From a virus (taxonomy: Duplodnaviria > Heunggongvirae > Uroviricota > Caudoviricetes), in the IMG/VR virus record IMGVR_UViG_2579779007_000007: 35,575 nucleotides of DNA. One strand, 5' to 3'. Position 1 is the first letter of the stretch. Each line of letters begins with the position of its first letter. Positions 15,449-24,959 of the stretch are shown here, piece by piece. Under the pieces are notes generated by a model. It saw only the letters and a list, made by a program, of their open reading frames with translations. It was not told the DNA's origin and searched no databases. A program made the translations under genes and the position numbers.

Positions 15449-16282
15449 ATGAATATTACACAAGATAACTTAGATATTTTCACTGGATCACATGTTGAAG
15501 TGTCGATCTCTAACCAGATAGACAATCAGGTCGACTTTTTCGATCCTAGCTTTAGTTCTATGGAGAACATCGCAGCATTCCCTACGCTAACCGAATCCAC
15601 AGAGATAGAAACTCTGGAAGAGTACGATCAGGACGCTACGGGGAAACTTGCTGGTTATCGTAGACTGGAACCGACAACACTCACATTAAACCGTGTTCTT
15701 GACGATGAACATCAAGCAATGTTGATGAAAGCGGTAGAGGATAAAACACCTTTACGCTTCCGTATGTTCTATGTTGTGAACTCTGGCTATAGTGCTGCTA
15801 ACACTGGTTACTATGTCATCTATGACGCTTATGTCACTAGTCACAAAACCCGTGGCGCAGATAACAAAGCTGTAACACTGGAATTTAAACTTGAACCAGA
15901 TGGCGGGATTTTGGCAAGGGGTATAGCGACCGAGGGAAAAATTCTGCGACAAGGGGATTATGGCGTAGGTGCAGGTGTACATCCATTCACGGGTCCAATT
16001 GATAGTGATGCTTTAGCAGGAAACCGTTTCGTAACTTACAAGGGAACTGCTAGCGGTAATCCATACTCAGCCGACACATCATTAATTCACCTTCAAGCTA
16101 ATGAGCATGGCGCATGGCAATTAACCTGTAATACTTCCGGTGCACCACGTTTACGTGTCCGAAATATTCAGGAAAACGGTCGCTCTGAATGGATCAAGGT
16201 ATATTCCACCAATGAGAAACCGACACCTAGCGAAATTGGCGCAGTGGCTAAGACTGACCGGATCGATTTCGGCGAATACTAA
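15449..16282 (+). CDS. tail-tube-like protein with C-terminal fibre-like extension (paralog of the 20030 gene)
   Basis: 277 aa. N-terminus (NLDIFTGSHV...GKL...LTLT) aligns with the 156-aa protein at 20030. C-terminus carries KPTPSEIGA, also present in the tail fibre. Confidence 0.55.
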   Translation: MNITQDNLDIFTGSHVEVSISNQIDNQVDFFDPSFSSMENIAAFPTLTESTEIETLEEYDQDATGKLAGYRRLEPTTLTLNRVLDDEHQAMLMKAVEDKTPLRFRMFYVVNSGYSAANTGYYVIYDAYVTSHKTRGADNKAVTLEFKLEPDGGILARGIATEGKILRQGDYGVGAGVHPFTGPIDSDALAGNRFVTYKGTASGNPYSADTSLIHLQANEHGAWQLTCNTSGAPRLRVRNIQENGRSEWIKVYSTNEKPTPSEIGAVAKTDRIDFGEY

Positions 16283-16315
16283 AGGATTCTCCTACCTAAA
16301 TAAAACATGAACGTT

Positions 16316-16346
16316 GGGAGGTTAACGCCTCCCTTATTCCTGTTTT
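16316..16346 (+). terminator. putative intrinsic terminator
   Basis: GGGAGG-ttaacg-CCTCCC followed by a T-rich tract. Confidence 0.45.
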
Positions 16347-16364
16347 ATAGTGAGGTGATTCTAG

Positions 16365-19300
16365 ATGCAATCAATCCAATTTAAACGCACACAAACGGCT
16401 GGTAAAAAGCCGACGCCGGAACAATTATCACAGGGTGAGATCGCCTTACAACTGGCGGACCATGTGATTTACACCAAAGACAAAAATAATAACGTAGTCC
16501 AAATTAGTGTTTCTCCAGAAAAACACGCTGAACTTAACACTAAAGTAGACAATAACAAAACTAGCACTGACCGTGTTATTGCTTCCAACAAACAAGAGGC
16601 CGCTAATAATCTGGCTAGTGCTAAAGCTGAACTGAATCAGACTATTACCACGAAAGATACAGCGACCAATAAGCGCATTGATGCTACCAACACCACTGTT
16701 AGTAACTTAACCCAGACAGTTACGGCAAATAAAACCGATGCCGACACTAAGATCAATAACCTTACGGGGACCGTATCTGCGAATAAGACCGCAATTGAAA
16801 GAACCGTTGCCGCAAACAAATCTGATGCAGATAGCAAACATGCAGCTTTAACGAAAACGGTCACTGACAATAACACCGCGATTAACAACAAGGTTAATAC
16901 CACTAACACCAACGTTAGCAACTTAACTAAAACTGTTACTGCAAATAAAACCGATGCAGATAACAAAATTTCTAGCTTAACTAGCGCGGTTGCAGCTAAC
17001 AAGACAGCGATCGAAAAGACTGTTTCCGACAATAAGAAAGACGCGGATACTAAGATTACCAATCTTACTGGCACTGTTAATAGCAACCATACCGCAATTA
17101 ACAACAAGGTAGACCAGAATAAATCTTCTACTGATGCCGCAATTGCAGCCGCTAACAAACGAATTGATGGTATTGAAGGTAGCAATGATGCTCTTTACAT
17201 CAAGAAGAATACCAATACTAAGCATGGTGGGTATCTGTTAAGCAAGACAGCTAACTATCTGGAAGACCAGACATCACGAGATCTTAACTACTTTGGTGCT
17301 TTCCGTACCAATGGTCAAGATGGACTCATGGATCTAACTCTTAACGTTCCTCACTCTTCCGGTAAAGCGCACGGTCGCGGATTTACTTTCCGTTATGCGT
17401 CTGGTGGATCTCGTGTTGAAACCTATGGTTTTGATAGAGAAGGACAGAAGAACTTTAGCTATAAGATGTATCACGAAGGTGATAAACCGACTCCTGCTGA
17501 AATTGGCGCATATACCAAAGGCGAAATTGATAAGATGTTTATTAAAAATGTCACAATGTCTGTTCCTTCTGGTAGTGAATCCCGTGCTTATTTCAAGATT
17601 GCTACGGCTACGATCCCACAAAATGGTCGTATGGTAATGCTTCGTATCTTCGGTGGTAATGGTTATAACGTTAACTCCTATGATCAGGTTGATTTCCTTG
17701 AAATTGTTATCCGTAGTGGTAACGATAGACCTAAAGGTGTTAGTGTTGCTGCATATCGTCGAAATGCTCTTAACGTTCATCAAGTATTTGCGGTTAATAC
17801 TTCCGGTGATAACTACGACATTTACGTTAACTACGGTCGTTATACTGATAACGTTATTGTCGAATATGGTAAGACTAGCGGTGTTTCACTGACTGTTCAT
17901 GACACCCCAGATATGACTAACGTTAAGCCGTCTACTGGTGTTACAGATGGACGTGTTATTACAATGTTCAATACCGAAAACAAGGCCGGAACGTTGATGT
18001 TTGATAATAACGGTCAGGGAACATATGATATTGTCAGTTTGAATAACGATTCAGGTACTGGTAAAAAATATCTGCGTAAATTCCGTAGTAAAGCCGCAGA
18101 AACAATCTGGCATGAAACTGTTCAAGGTAACGTATATCGTTTAGCGACTGGCACTACCGATTCTAGCGAAGTTCTACGAATCACTGGTCGCACTATGTAT
18201 ACTGGTAAAGCTGTTTTTGATGCCGGATCTAATACTATTCGTATGCAGCGACCGAATGGTCAAAGTAACTATTTGGAATATTGGGATAACCGTAACGGTG
18301 CAAATAAACGTCAAGGTTGGATCGGTTATGGAAATGCCGATACTAACGCTATGCAGATGTATAACGATAGCGGTACTAACAATATTGGCTTAGAACAAAG
18401 CGGTCAAATCTCTCTGAATACTGGATCTACTAAAGTAGTTTATACCAACGGCGAGTATGTATCTGCTAACTCAAATGCATTCCGTATGATTTACGGTAAC
18501 TATGGTGCATTCTGGCGTAATGATGGTCAAAACGTATATTTTCTGTCTACTGCCGAAAATGATAAATTTGGTGGTTGGAACGGCTATCGTCCATTCATTT
18601 ACAATCTGGGTAGCGGTAATGTTACTTTGGGTGGTGATGGTAACGAAGGTGCATTAGTCTTAGAACGTGCAAGTCGTGCAGCTCGTTTTGCTGGAAACGC
18701 TTTCATCAAAGGTCAACATTTAACACTTGATGCTGGTGCTGGACAATCCCGCGACTATTTCCGTTTTAACCATTGGGGTGATAGCAATAACGCTCGCGAC
18801 AACATTCTATATCTCGAAGACAGCAAAGGACGCCATTTCAGCACCGAACGTAATATGGCTACAGGTGCATTAAAAGCATACTTCTTAGGAGATCTTGAAG
18901 TTGCTGGTCAAATGCGATGGGGTAAGAATACCGGACAATCTAGCTTCAATATTCGTGCATGGGGTAATGATACTCGTAAACAAGTATTAGAATGCGCAGA
19001 TGAAAGCGGCTGGCATTTCTACACACAGCGTGCTGGCGGTCCTGATACTACCGCAATCGAGTTTAGCGTAAACGGTAAAATTAACGCTCCCCGACTGTCT
19101 ATTAGTCAGGATGCAACCATTCCTAAGTTTAATAGCGGTTTTGGTGTTGGTGTTGCTAACGGATTGGGTGGAAATTCTATTGTTTTAGGCGATAGTGATA
19201 CTGGATTTAAACAAAACGGTGATGGTGTCCTTGATACCTACGCTAATAACGTTAATGTTGTTCGCCATACGTCAGGCGGTGTTACATTTAACCGTCGTGT

Positions 19301-19973
19301 TGTTGTTGCTAACAAAAATGGTTTAGGTTATTCCGATATCTCTGATGTAACTCGTGACCGTGCTCCATTCCTGGTTAACATGGATAGTATTAAGGGGTCT
19401 GCTGCATATTTCCCGATCATCGCTGGTTACAGTAACTTAGGTGATGTTGGTTATCGTCAGTCCTTCGAGTTTGGTTGGACGGGTAGCGGGTCGAATAGCA
19501 CATGGCGTACTGGTATTATCCGTATGCGTGGCGATAACGCCAACGGGCAGCAAGCACGCTGGGAATTTACTATGGATGGTGATTTTACCTGCCCCCGTAA
19601 CGGTAGCTTTAACGATGTTTACATTCGCTCTGACTCCCGTTTGAAGATTAACAAGGAAGAATTACAGGACGGCGCATTAGAGAAAGTAAACTCCCTGAAA
19701 GTCTACACCTACGATAAAGTTAAATCTCTTTCAGATGACACAGTGGTTAAACGCGAAGTAGGTATTATTGCTCAGGATCTGGAAGAAGTGTTGCCGGAAG
19801 CAGTAGGTATTCAATCCACCGAAGATCCAGAACAACCGGAAGCAATTAAGACTATTTCTAACTCTGCTGTTAATGCCTTGATTATTAAAGCGATTCAGGA
19901 AATGGACGCCAAATATCAAGCTAAGATTGAAGCATTGACTAAAGAGATTGCCGAACTCAAAGCAACTAAATAA
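16365..19973 (+). CDS. long tail fibre with C-terminal S74 intramolecular-chaperone domain
   Basis: 1202 aa. Repetitive shaft, KPTPAEIGAY motif, C-terminal YIRSDSRLKINKEEL... matching the autoproteolytic chaperone domain of T5 pb1 and endosialidase-type fibres. Confidence 0.85.
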   Translation: MQSIQFKRTQTAGKKPTPEQLSQGEIALQLADHVIYTKDKNNNVVQISVSPEKHAELNTKVDNNKTSTDRVIASNKQEAANNLASAKAELNQTITTKDTATNKRIDATNTTVSNLTQTVTANKTDADTKINNLTGTVSANKTAIERTVAANKSDADSKHAALTKTVTDNNTAINNKVNTTNTNVSNLTKTVTANKTDADNKISSLTSAVAANKTAIEKTVSDNKKDADTKITNLTGTVNSNHTAINNKVDQNKSSTDAAIAAANKRIDGIEGSNDALYIKKNTNTKHGGYLLSKTANYLEDQTSRDLNYFGAFRTNGQDGLMDLTLNVPHSSGKAHGRGFTFRYASGGSRVETYGFDREGQKNFSYKMYHEGDKPTPAEIGAYTKGEIDKMFIKNVTMSVPSGSESRAYFKIATATIPQNGRMVMLRIFGGNGYNVNSYDQVDFLEIVIRSGNDRPKGVSVAAYRRNALNVHQVFAVNTSGDNYDIYVNYGRYTDNVIVEYGKTSGVSLTVHDTPDMTNVKPSTGVTDGRVITMFNTENKAGTLMFDNNGQGTYDIVSLNNDSGTGKKYLRKFRSKAAETIWHETVQGNVYRLATGTTDSSEVLRITGRTMYTGKAVFDAGSNTIRMQRPNGQSNYLEYWDNRNGANKRQGWIGYGNADTNAMQMYNDSGTNNIGLEQSGQISLNTGSTKVVYTNGEYVSANSNAFRMIYGNYGAFWRNDGQNVYFLSTAENDKFGGWNGYRPFIYNLGSGNVTLGGDGNEGALVLERASRAARFAGNAFIKGQHLTLDAGAGQSRDYFRFNHWGDSNNARDNILYLEDSKGRHFSTERNMATGALKAYFLGDLEVAGQMRWGKNTGQSSFNIRAWGNDTRKQVLECADESGWHFYTQRAGGPDTTAIEFSVNGKINAPRLSISQDATIPKFNSGFGVGVANGLGGNSIVLGDSDTGFKQNGDGVLDTYANNVNVVRHTSGGVTFNRRVVVANKNGLGYSDISDVTRDRAPFLVNMDSIKGSAAYFPIIAGYSNLGDVGYRQSFEFGWTGSGSNSTWRTGIIRMRGDNANGQQARWEFTMDGDFTCPRNGSFNDVYIRSDSRLKINKEELQDGALEKVNSLKVYTYDKVKSLSDDTVVKREVGIIAQDLEEVLPEAVGIQSTEDPEQPEAIKTISNSAVNALIIKAIQEMDAKYQAKIEALTKEIAELKATK
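16640..17170 (+). repeat. intragenic tandem repeats encoding two ~69-aa shaft repeats
   Basis: Repeated NLT.TVTANKTDAD.KI..LT..V.ANKTAIE.TV. The low-complexity repeats create the spurious antisense ORF 16637..17185. Confidence 0.6.
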
Positions 19974-19980
19974 TAAAAGT

Positions 19981-19999
19981 CGGGGGACTAGTTCCCCCG
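19981..19999 (+). other. stem-loop after the fibre gene (weak terminator candidate)
   Basis: CGGGGGA-ctagt-TCCCCCG with no clean T-run. Confidence 0.3.
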
Positions 20000-20029
20000 T
20001 AATAACAATTTTAATTAAGGGGTAATTCT

Positions 20030-20500
20030 ATGTCTCAATTTAATGATATTTTTACTGGTGGTCTGGTAAGTCTGTTCTATCACGCTGATACCACTAACAC
20101 CGCTCTCGATCACTCCGGTTACGAAGAAATTAAAGAGTGTGCTGGTTTTCCTGAAACTGGTATCGAGCGCGGTACTGTAGAAGTTAAATCCTTCTCTTCT
20201 CAGTATAACCGTAAGCTGGTAGGGAAGCTGAACGTTCCTGATCTGACTCTTACGGTGAATTACATCCCCGGGGAGAGTGTCCATGAGAAGCTCATAAAGG
20301 CTGCCGAAGACGGTACTCGAATTCAGATTAAGATTGAATACTATGTTGATGCAGCAAAACAGACTGGTATTCGCACCGCTTTCAACGGCTTCATTTCTAA
20401 AGTTGCTATGAACGGTGGCGATGAAGAAGTGGTAACTAAAGAGTTTACCTTCGCGGTGGACGGAAAGCCGATCAAACAGGAAATCTTCACTGCCGGATGA
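20030..20500 (+). CDS. major tail tube protein (putative)
   Basis: 156 aa, upstream of the chaperone and tape-measure genes. Paralogous to the N-domain of 15449..16282. Ends with TGA. Confidence 0.6.
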   Translation: MSQFNDIFTGGLVSLFYHADTTNTALDHSGYEEIKECAGFPETGIERGTVEVKSFSSQYNRKLVGKLNVPDLTLTVNYIPGESVHEKLIKAAEDGTRIQIKIEYYVDAAKQTGIRTAFNGFISKVAMNGGDEEVVTKEFTFAVDGKPIKQEIFTAG

Positions 20501-20626
20501 ACTAACGAAGAACTTCCTTTAATAGAACCGGAACCACTACCGGAACATGAAGCGGTGGTGATTCCAGAAGTAGAAGAAGTTACGGCGAAAGCCACAGCAA
20601 AACGAGGCCGCAAGGCTAAGAATTAA
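20501..20626 (+). other. in-frame 41-codon extension after the tail-tube TGA (candidate readthrough segment)
   Basis: Same frame as 20030..20500, no in-frame ATG. Encodes TNEELPLIEPEPLPEHEAVVIPEVEEVTAKATAKRGRKAKN, then TAA. Confidence 0.45.
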
Positions 20627-20631
20627 TTTTA

Positions 20632-20660
20632 AGCCCTGCCTTAATGGTGGGGCTTTTTTA
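20632..20660 (+). terminator. intrinsic terminator after the tail-tube extension
   Basis: AGCCCTGCC-ttaat-GGTGGGGCT followed by TTTTTT. Confidence 0.7.
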
Positions 20661-20674
20661 TTGGAGTAATCAAA

Positions 20675-21181
20675 ATGGCAAATGTCGTTAAAGTTCCTGG
20701 CTGGATCGGGTCATCTGCTGTATCGGTGACGGGTAAGCGATGGATGAAAGAAGCACTAACAGCTTTAAAAGTTCCGGCTCCGCGTAATATGTCGGCAATG
20801 GCTGGTCGTGGTATGGATACGGTTGTAGCTACTGCTGCATGGTCTACTTCATTGGGTAATAACTGGGGGGTAACTGCTTCAAACTATCCTGTTTCCGGTA
20901 TGCAAAGCAAAGGATCTATGGAGAACCCCGAAAACGTGGGCGTAGGGCGTCTGATTGGCGTTATCGTTGGTCAATTCAATGGCGGTACTCCTACTATGGC
21001 TGTATATCTCCAGAACGGTAGAGCGGGGAATATAACCGTTAATTTGGGTGGTGCTACTGTCACTGTTCCTTATAACAGTATGCAAAGTGGTTTTCATTAC
21101 TATTGGTTAAGCAATCCTCCGGCTGCTTTCCTCAATAACATTAAGAAGACTGGCACTAAGCAGACTTTGAAAATCTCTTAA
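20675..21181 (+). CDS. hypothetical tail-associated protein (168 aa)
   Basis: ORF with RBS GGAG, located between tail tube and chaperone genes. Confidence 0.5.
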   Translation: MANVVKVPGWIGSSAVSVTGKRWMKEALTALKVPAPRNMSAMAGRGMDTVVATAAWSTSLGNNWGVTASNYPVSGMQSKGSMENPENVGVGRLIGVIVGQFNGGTPTMAVYLQNGRAGNITVNLGGATVTVPYNSMQSGFHYYWLSNPPAAFLNNIKKTGTKQTLKIS

Positions 21182-21223
21182 ATTCTAAATAAACATATCG
21201 AATTAACTTAAGAGGAAACAAGA

Positions 21224-21532
21224 ATGAATATTAATGAAATGCTGAAAGCTCTTTCTCCGAAACGCGAATCTCTGACCATCGGTGGATTCACTTTCTATGC
21301 TCGCCCTATGTCAGTAAAAGAATTTAACGAACATGTTTTCAATACCGATAAAGATGACCGTGATGAACGTTCTATTCTTCGTTGTATTGAAGATGAAGAC
21401 GGTAAACCAGTATTTGAATCTATGGAACAAGTTAAGGCACTGTATACTAACGTCCGCAGTGAATTAATCGGTTTGGTTGCTCAAGCGTCATTGATGCAAG
21501 ATCCGGCAGTAATTGAAAACGAGGTAAAGTAA
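21224..21532 (+). CDS. tail assembly chaperone (gpG-like, putative)
   Basis: 102 aa acidic protein immediately upstream of the tape measure region. Confidence 0.5.
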   Translation: MNINEMLKALSPKRESLTIGGFTFYARPMSVKEFNEHVFNTDKDDRDERSILRCIEDEDGKPVFESMEQVKALYTNVRSELIGLVAQASLMQDPAVIENEVK

Positions 21533-21561
21533 ACCCGCTTCTGTGTTTCTATTTCCGGCAA

Positions 21562-21903
21562 ATGATGAGATCGGGGCTTAGTAAAGATGAAATGGATAAT
21601 ATGCCAATCACTCTGTTTTGGAAATTATATATTTTCGACACCTACTTAGAACCACAAAGCCCCGCGTTTCATGATATGCAGAATGCGATGTTGCAATATT
21701 CCATGTATATGACGTCGCAAGGAATGACACGCGAAACTGCACGCAAACTCAAGCCTAGCCAATTCCAATTAATTAGAGAAGAAAAACTCTTTAAAACTAA
21801 AGAAGAACTGGAAGAAATTGCACGCAAGAAAGAAGAAGAACGTAAAGCGGCAATGCTGAACATGTTTGATCCATCTTTGCTTGAGAAACTCAGAAGCGGT
21901 TAA
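21562..21903 (+). CDS. tail assembly protein (gpT-like position, putative)
   Basis: 113 aa. Its frame is open from 21517, overlapping the end of the previous gene by about 15 nt, but no canonical slippery heptamer is visible. Confidence 0.4.
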   Translation: MMRSGLSKDEMDNMPITLFWKLYIFDTYLEPQSPAFHDMQNAMLQYSMYMTSQGMTRETARKLKPSQFQLIREEKLFKTKEELEEIARKKEEERKAAMLNMFDPSLLEKLRSG

Positions 21904-21914
21904 AGGGGTAATTT

Positions 21915-24347
21915 ATGACAAAACATATAGTAACAATAGAAGGGGATAATAAAGGTCTAAGGAGAAGTACCAATGAAGCCGCCGACCTTCTCGATAGTTT
22001 GTCTGAAAAGGCAAGTAATATTGATTTTGGTGGTGGCTTATCTGGTCTGACTGGATCTCTTCGTGGGATCGCTGGCTCTGCTGGTTTGGCTGCTGGTGGT
22101 ATCGGCTTAGTTGCGACCGCAGTGGTTGCAGCCGCTAAAGCTGGCGCGGAATACGTTAAACAATATTCAGAAGTATCTAAGGCGACCGGACTCTCGATTG
22201 AATCCCTTCAAAGACTGGAAAAGGAATTTTCTGGTACTGGCCTAACAGTTGAAAAATTCGGTGATATCAACAAAGACACCTTAGATAAGATGGGTGATGC
22301 ATGGGCTAACGGTGGTGGTATTGCTGATGACTTAGAATCGGTTGGTCTTAAGTTAGAAAACTATGCTCACTTCATGACTGATCCGCAAGGTGGTATGAAA
22401 GCGGCGATCCAAGTGTTCTATGACATGAAGAAAGCCGGAAAATCAATGGCTGAAATCAAGTTCATGATGGAATCTTTAGCCAGTGATTCAAGTCATATGA
22501 CCAGCCAGCTTGAGAAATATAATAGTGCTCAAGAGGCGATGATCGCTATTCAGAATCAATCTGTTAACGTCACCGAAGAAAACGCTAAAAAATATGATAA
22601 ATTTTCTCAGAATATTAATAAGCTGGAAAATAACCTGAAAGGCGCAGCCATGACCATTTCTGGTCCTTTGGTTGATAGCTTAAACTGGTTATTTGACTGG
22701 TTTAATATTGATTGGGAAAAGAGTTCTCTATTCAGGGCATTAGATCGACTGAATAAAGAAGGCAAGACCGCAACTGGTGGTATTCTTAACGCCAACCATA
22801 AAGACGCTCAAAAGATTATTGACAAGTACAATAAAGAAAAGCGTTGGAATAATCTGGCAGATTGGGAAAAGGCCGCGATACGTGGTGCTGGTGTCGACCC
22901 TCGTACTGCTGGCTTTGATGTTGAAGGATTTAAGAAACGTTTTGGTGGGTCTTATAAAACTTCAAGTGGTGCTCTGATTGTCGTAGATGCAGGTGAACAT
23001 CTAACACGCAAGGCAGATCCTAACACTGATTTGACTATACCAAATAAACCAGTAAGACCAGAATCATTGGGTAAATCTGGCAACGAGAAGAAAGCCGAGG
23101 AAGAAGCCAAAAAGAAAGCGGAAGAGGCAGCTAAAAAGGCTAAGGAAGCCGCAGAAAAAGCACAGAAAGCACGCGAGGATGCAATCAAGCGACTGAATGC
23201 ACTTGATGTTAAATTGCAAGGGCAAGTTGCAGCGTCTATCACTTCTCAAAATAGCCAGTTGCAAAACAGCTTAAAAGATGTGAACGACGCGTTAGCTCTG
23301 GGCTTAATCTCTCAGGAAGACGCAGCCGCGAAACGCCAGGCGCTAATCGATCAGAATACTGAAAACGTTTATAAAATGATGTTGGGTGCTGATCCGATTG
23401 ATGCTCTGAATGCTTTAACACAATTGCAACAAATCAGGGACAACGAGCTAGAAAGCCATAAACGTTTACTTGATGGTAAAGCTATCTCCTACGAAGAATA
23501 TATGCGTCGTGTGAACGATACCGAGCAAAACTATTCTCAGATTGAAAATTCTTTACAGGGAATGGATGGTTATAAAACCAATCAATTAACTAGTGGTTAT
23601 GATTATCAAGACTCAAATAATCCGTTTGCTAAATTTAATGCAATCGATAAAGAGAAATCGGATGCTGAACAAGATTATAAGACCGATAAACTCAAGATTG
23701 ACGGTATTAATGATCCGGCTAAACGGATGGCTGCATTAGAAAAACTCAATGAAAACCATCAAAAACGGATGGCTGCAATTGAAAAGAAATATGCTGATGC
23801 TCGTCAGTCAATAGCTGATGATATGTATGGCGGTTTTGCTGCTGCAATGACTCTCTTCGGGCAGGAAAACACTAAAGCTATGCAGATGGCTTTCAATGCT
23901 CATAAGGCATTCTCCATTGGACAAGCGACGGTGAACATGTGGACGGCTGCTACCGATGCATGGAACGATCCGACCAACGTCACCACAGGTCAAAAAATTG
24001 CTGCTGCTGCATTGGCTGTTTCTCAGAACATGGGGAACATCGCAAACATCAAGTCTACTAACGTTAGCGGTATGGCTCATGATGGTATCGATAACATCCC
24101 TCGTGAGGGTACATGGTTGCTTGATAAGGGTGAACGAGTAGTTGATCAGCGTACTAACGGTGATTTGAAAGACTTCTTATCTGCTCAAAAATCAGGCGGT
24201 GGTAACTCTCAGCCGATTGAAGTTAATGCGCCTTTGAACATTAACGGCAATGTTAATAGCTCAGACAAGATGGTTATGGATGCTATCAAACGTCACGCTA
24301 AGTTAGTTGCTCAGGCGGTAGAAGACGCACAGCGTCGTAAGATGTAA
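21915..24347 (+). CDS. tail tape measure protein
   Basis: 810 aa. N-terminal Gly/Ala-rich hydrophobic segment, long coiled-coil and K/E-rich regions, position before tail-tip genes. Confidence 0.85.
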   Translation: MTKHIVTIEGDNKGLRRSTNEAADLLDSLSEKASNIDFGGGLSGLTGSLRGIAGSAGLAAGGIGLVATAVVAAAKAGAEYVKQYSEVSKATGLSIESLQRLEKEFSGTGLTVEKFGDINKDTLDKMGDAWANGGGIADDLESVGLKLENYAHFMTDPQGGMKAAIQVFYDMKKAGKSMAEIKFMMESLASDSSHMTSQLEKYNSAQEAMIAIQNQSVNVTEENAKKYDKFSQNINKLENNLKGAAMTISGPLVDSLNWLFDWFNIDWEKSSLFRALDRLNKEGKTATGGILNANHKDAQKIIDKYNKEKRWNNLADWEKAAIRGAGVDPRTAGFDVEGFKKRFGGSYKTSSGALIVVDAGEHLTRKADPNTDLTIPNKPVRPESLGKSGNEKKAEEEAKKKAEEAAKKAKEAAEKAQKAREDAIKRLNALDVKLQGQVAASITSQNSQLQNSLKDVNDALALGLISQEDAAAKRQALIDQNTENVYKMMLGADPIDALNALTQLQQIRDNELESHKRLLDGKAISYEEYMRRVNDTEQNYSQIENSLQGMDGYKTNQLTSGYDYQDSNNPFAKFNAIDKEKSDAEQDYKTDKLKIDGINDPAKRMAALEKLNENHQKRMAAIEKKYADARQSIADDMYGGFAAAMTLFGQENTKAMQMAFNAHKAFSIGQATVNMWTAATDAWNDPTNVTTGQKIAAAALAVSQNMGNIANIKSTNVSGMAHDGIDNIPREGTWLLDKGERVVDQRTNGDLKDFLSAQKSGGGNSQPIEVNAPLNINGNVNSSDKMVMDAIKRHAKLVAQAVEDAQRRKM

Positions 24348-24352
24348 TTAAA

Positions 24353-24397
24353 AGCCCTCATAGTGATAAATAATCATAAAACTATGGGGGCTTTTTC
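24353..24397 (+). terminator. long-stem hairpin plus T-run between tape measure and tail-tip genes
   Basis: 11-bp stem AGCCCTCATAG...CTATGGGGGCT with an 18-nt loop, then TTTTT. Confidence 0.4.
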
Positions 24398-24398
24398 T

Positions 24399-24959
24399 AT
24401 GTTCAAATCCAAGAATATTAAAATCACAGATTTTACTCTTAAATCAAAACAACCTTTCTTCAAGGCGCAATCTATCTCCGGTAAGTTCCAGCGTCGCTTT
24501 ACTGGCATCCATTTTTACGAAGCAGAATTTACCGCGAATTACATGGCTCAGGATATTAACGAAGTAAAAGAATTTGTAGCACGTCACCTTTTTGGTCGTC
24601 CTTTTAGTGTGCCACTGTCTTACTTTTCAAAATATACAGGTGATGTACGCCAGATGGTAACGGCTGCTGCTGGTACTGCTCGCGGTGGGCGTAAGGTGAG
24701 AATCTCCAACTTCACCGGAACACTGAAAGCGGGAACTGTCATCCAGTTTGAGAACCACAAGAAAATCTACACGATCACCGAAGACGTGAAATCAGGTGGT
24801 GAAATGAAACTCTTCCCTAACTTGCGTCAGAACGTCCTGGCGGGTGAGGTGATCAAGTATCAGAACGTAGAAGGTGAATTTGTTCTCAAAACTGAAAATA
24901 TCGATTGGAAGATCGCCCAGATTGGCAAGATGAAATTCGAATTAGTGGAGAATGTATAA
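24399..24959 (+). CDS. minor/distal tail protein (gpM-like position)
   Basis: Start placed at the ATG after the hairpin (MFKSKNIKITDF...). The ORF-track start at 24363 lies inside the hairpin. Confidence 0.5.
   Translation: MFKSKNIKITDFTLKSKQPFFKAQSISGKFQRRFTGIHFYEAEFTANYMAQDINEVKEFVARHLFGRPFSVPLSYFSKYTGDVRQMVTAAAGTARGGRKVRISNFTGTLKAGTVIQFENHKKIYTITEDVKSGGEMKLFPNLRQNVLAGEVIKYQNVEGEFVLKTENIDWKIAQIGKMKFELVENV

Noticed and set aside
16637-17892. Antisense and alternative-frame ORFs inside the tail fibre gene (16637..17185, 16977..17225, 17334..17783, 17395..17637, 17653..17892)
   Set aside because: They lie within a well-supported 1202-aa gene and arise from its repetitive, low-complexity codon usage. 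They have no RBS and no coding-like composition.
12535-20626. Alternative genetic code (TGA reassigned) as the explanation for the in-frame extensions
   Set aside because: There are no internal TGA codons in the long late genes and almost all genes end in TAA. Only two TGA stops have extensions, which fits site-specific readthrough better than global recoding.
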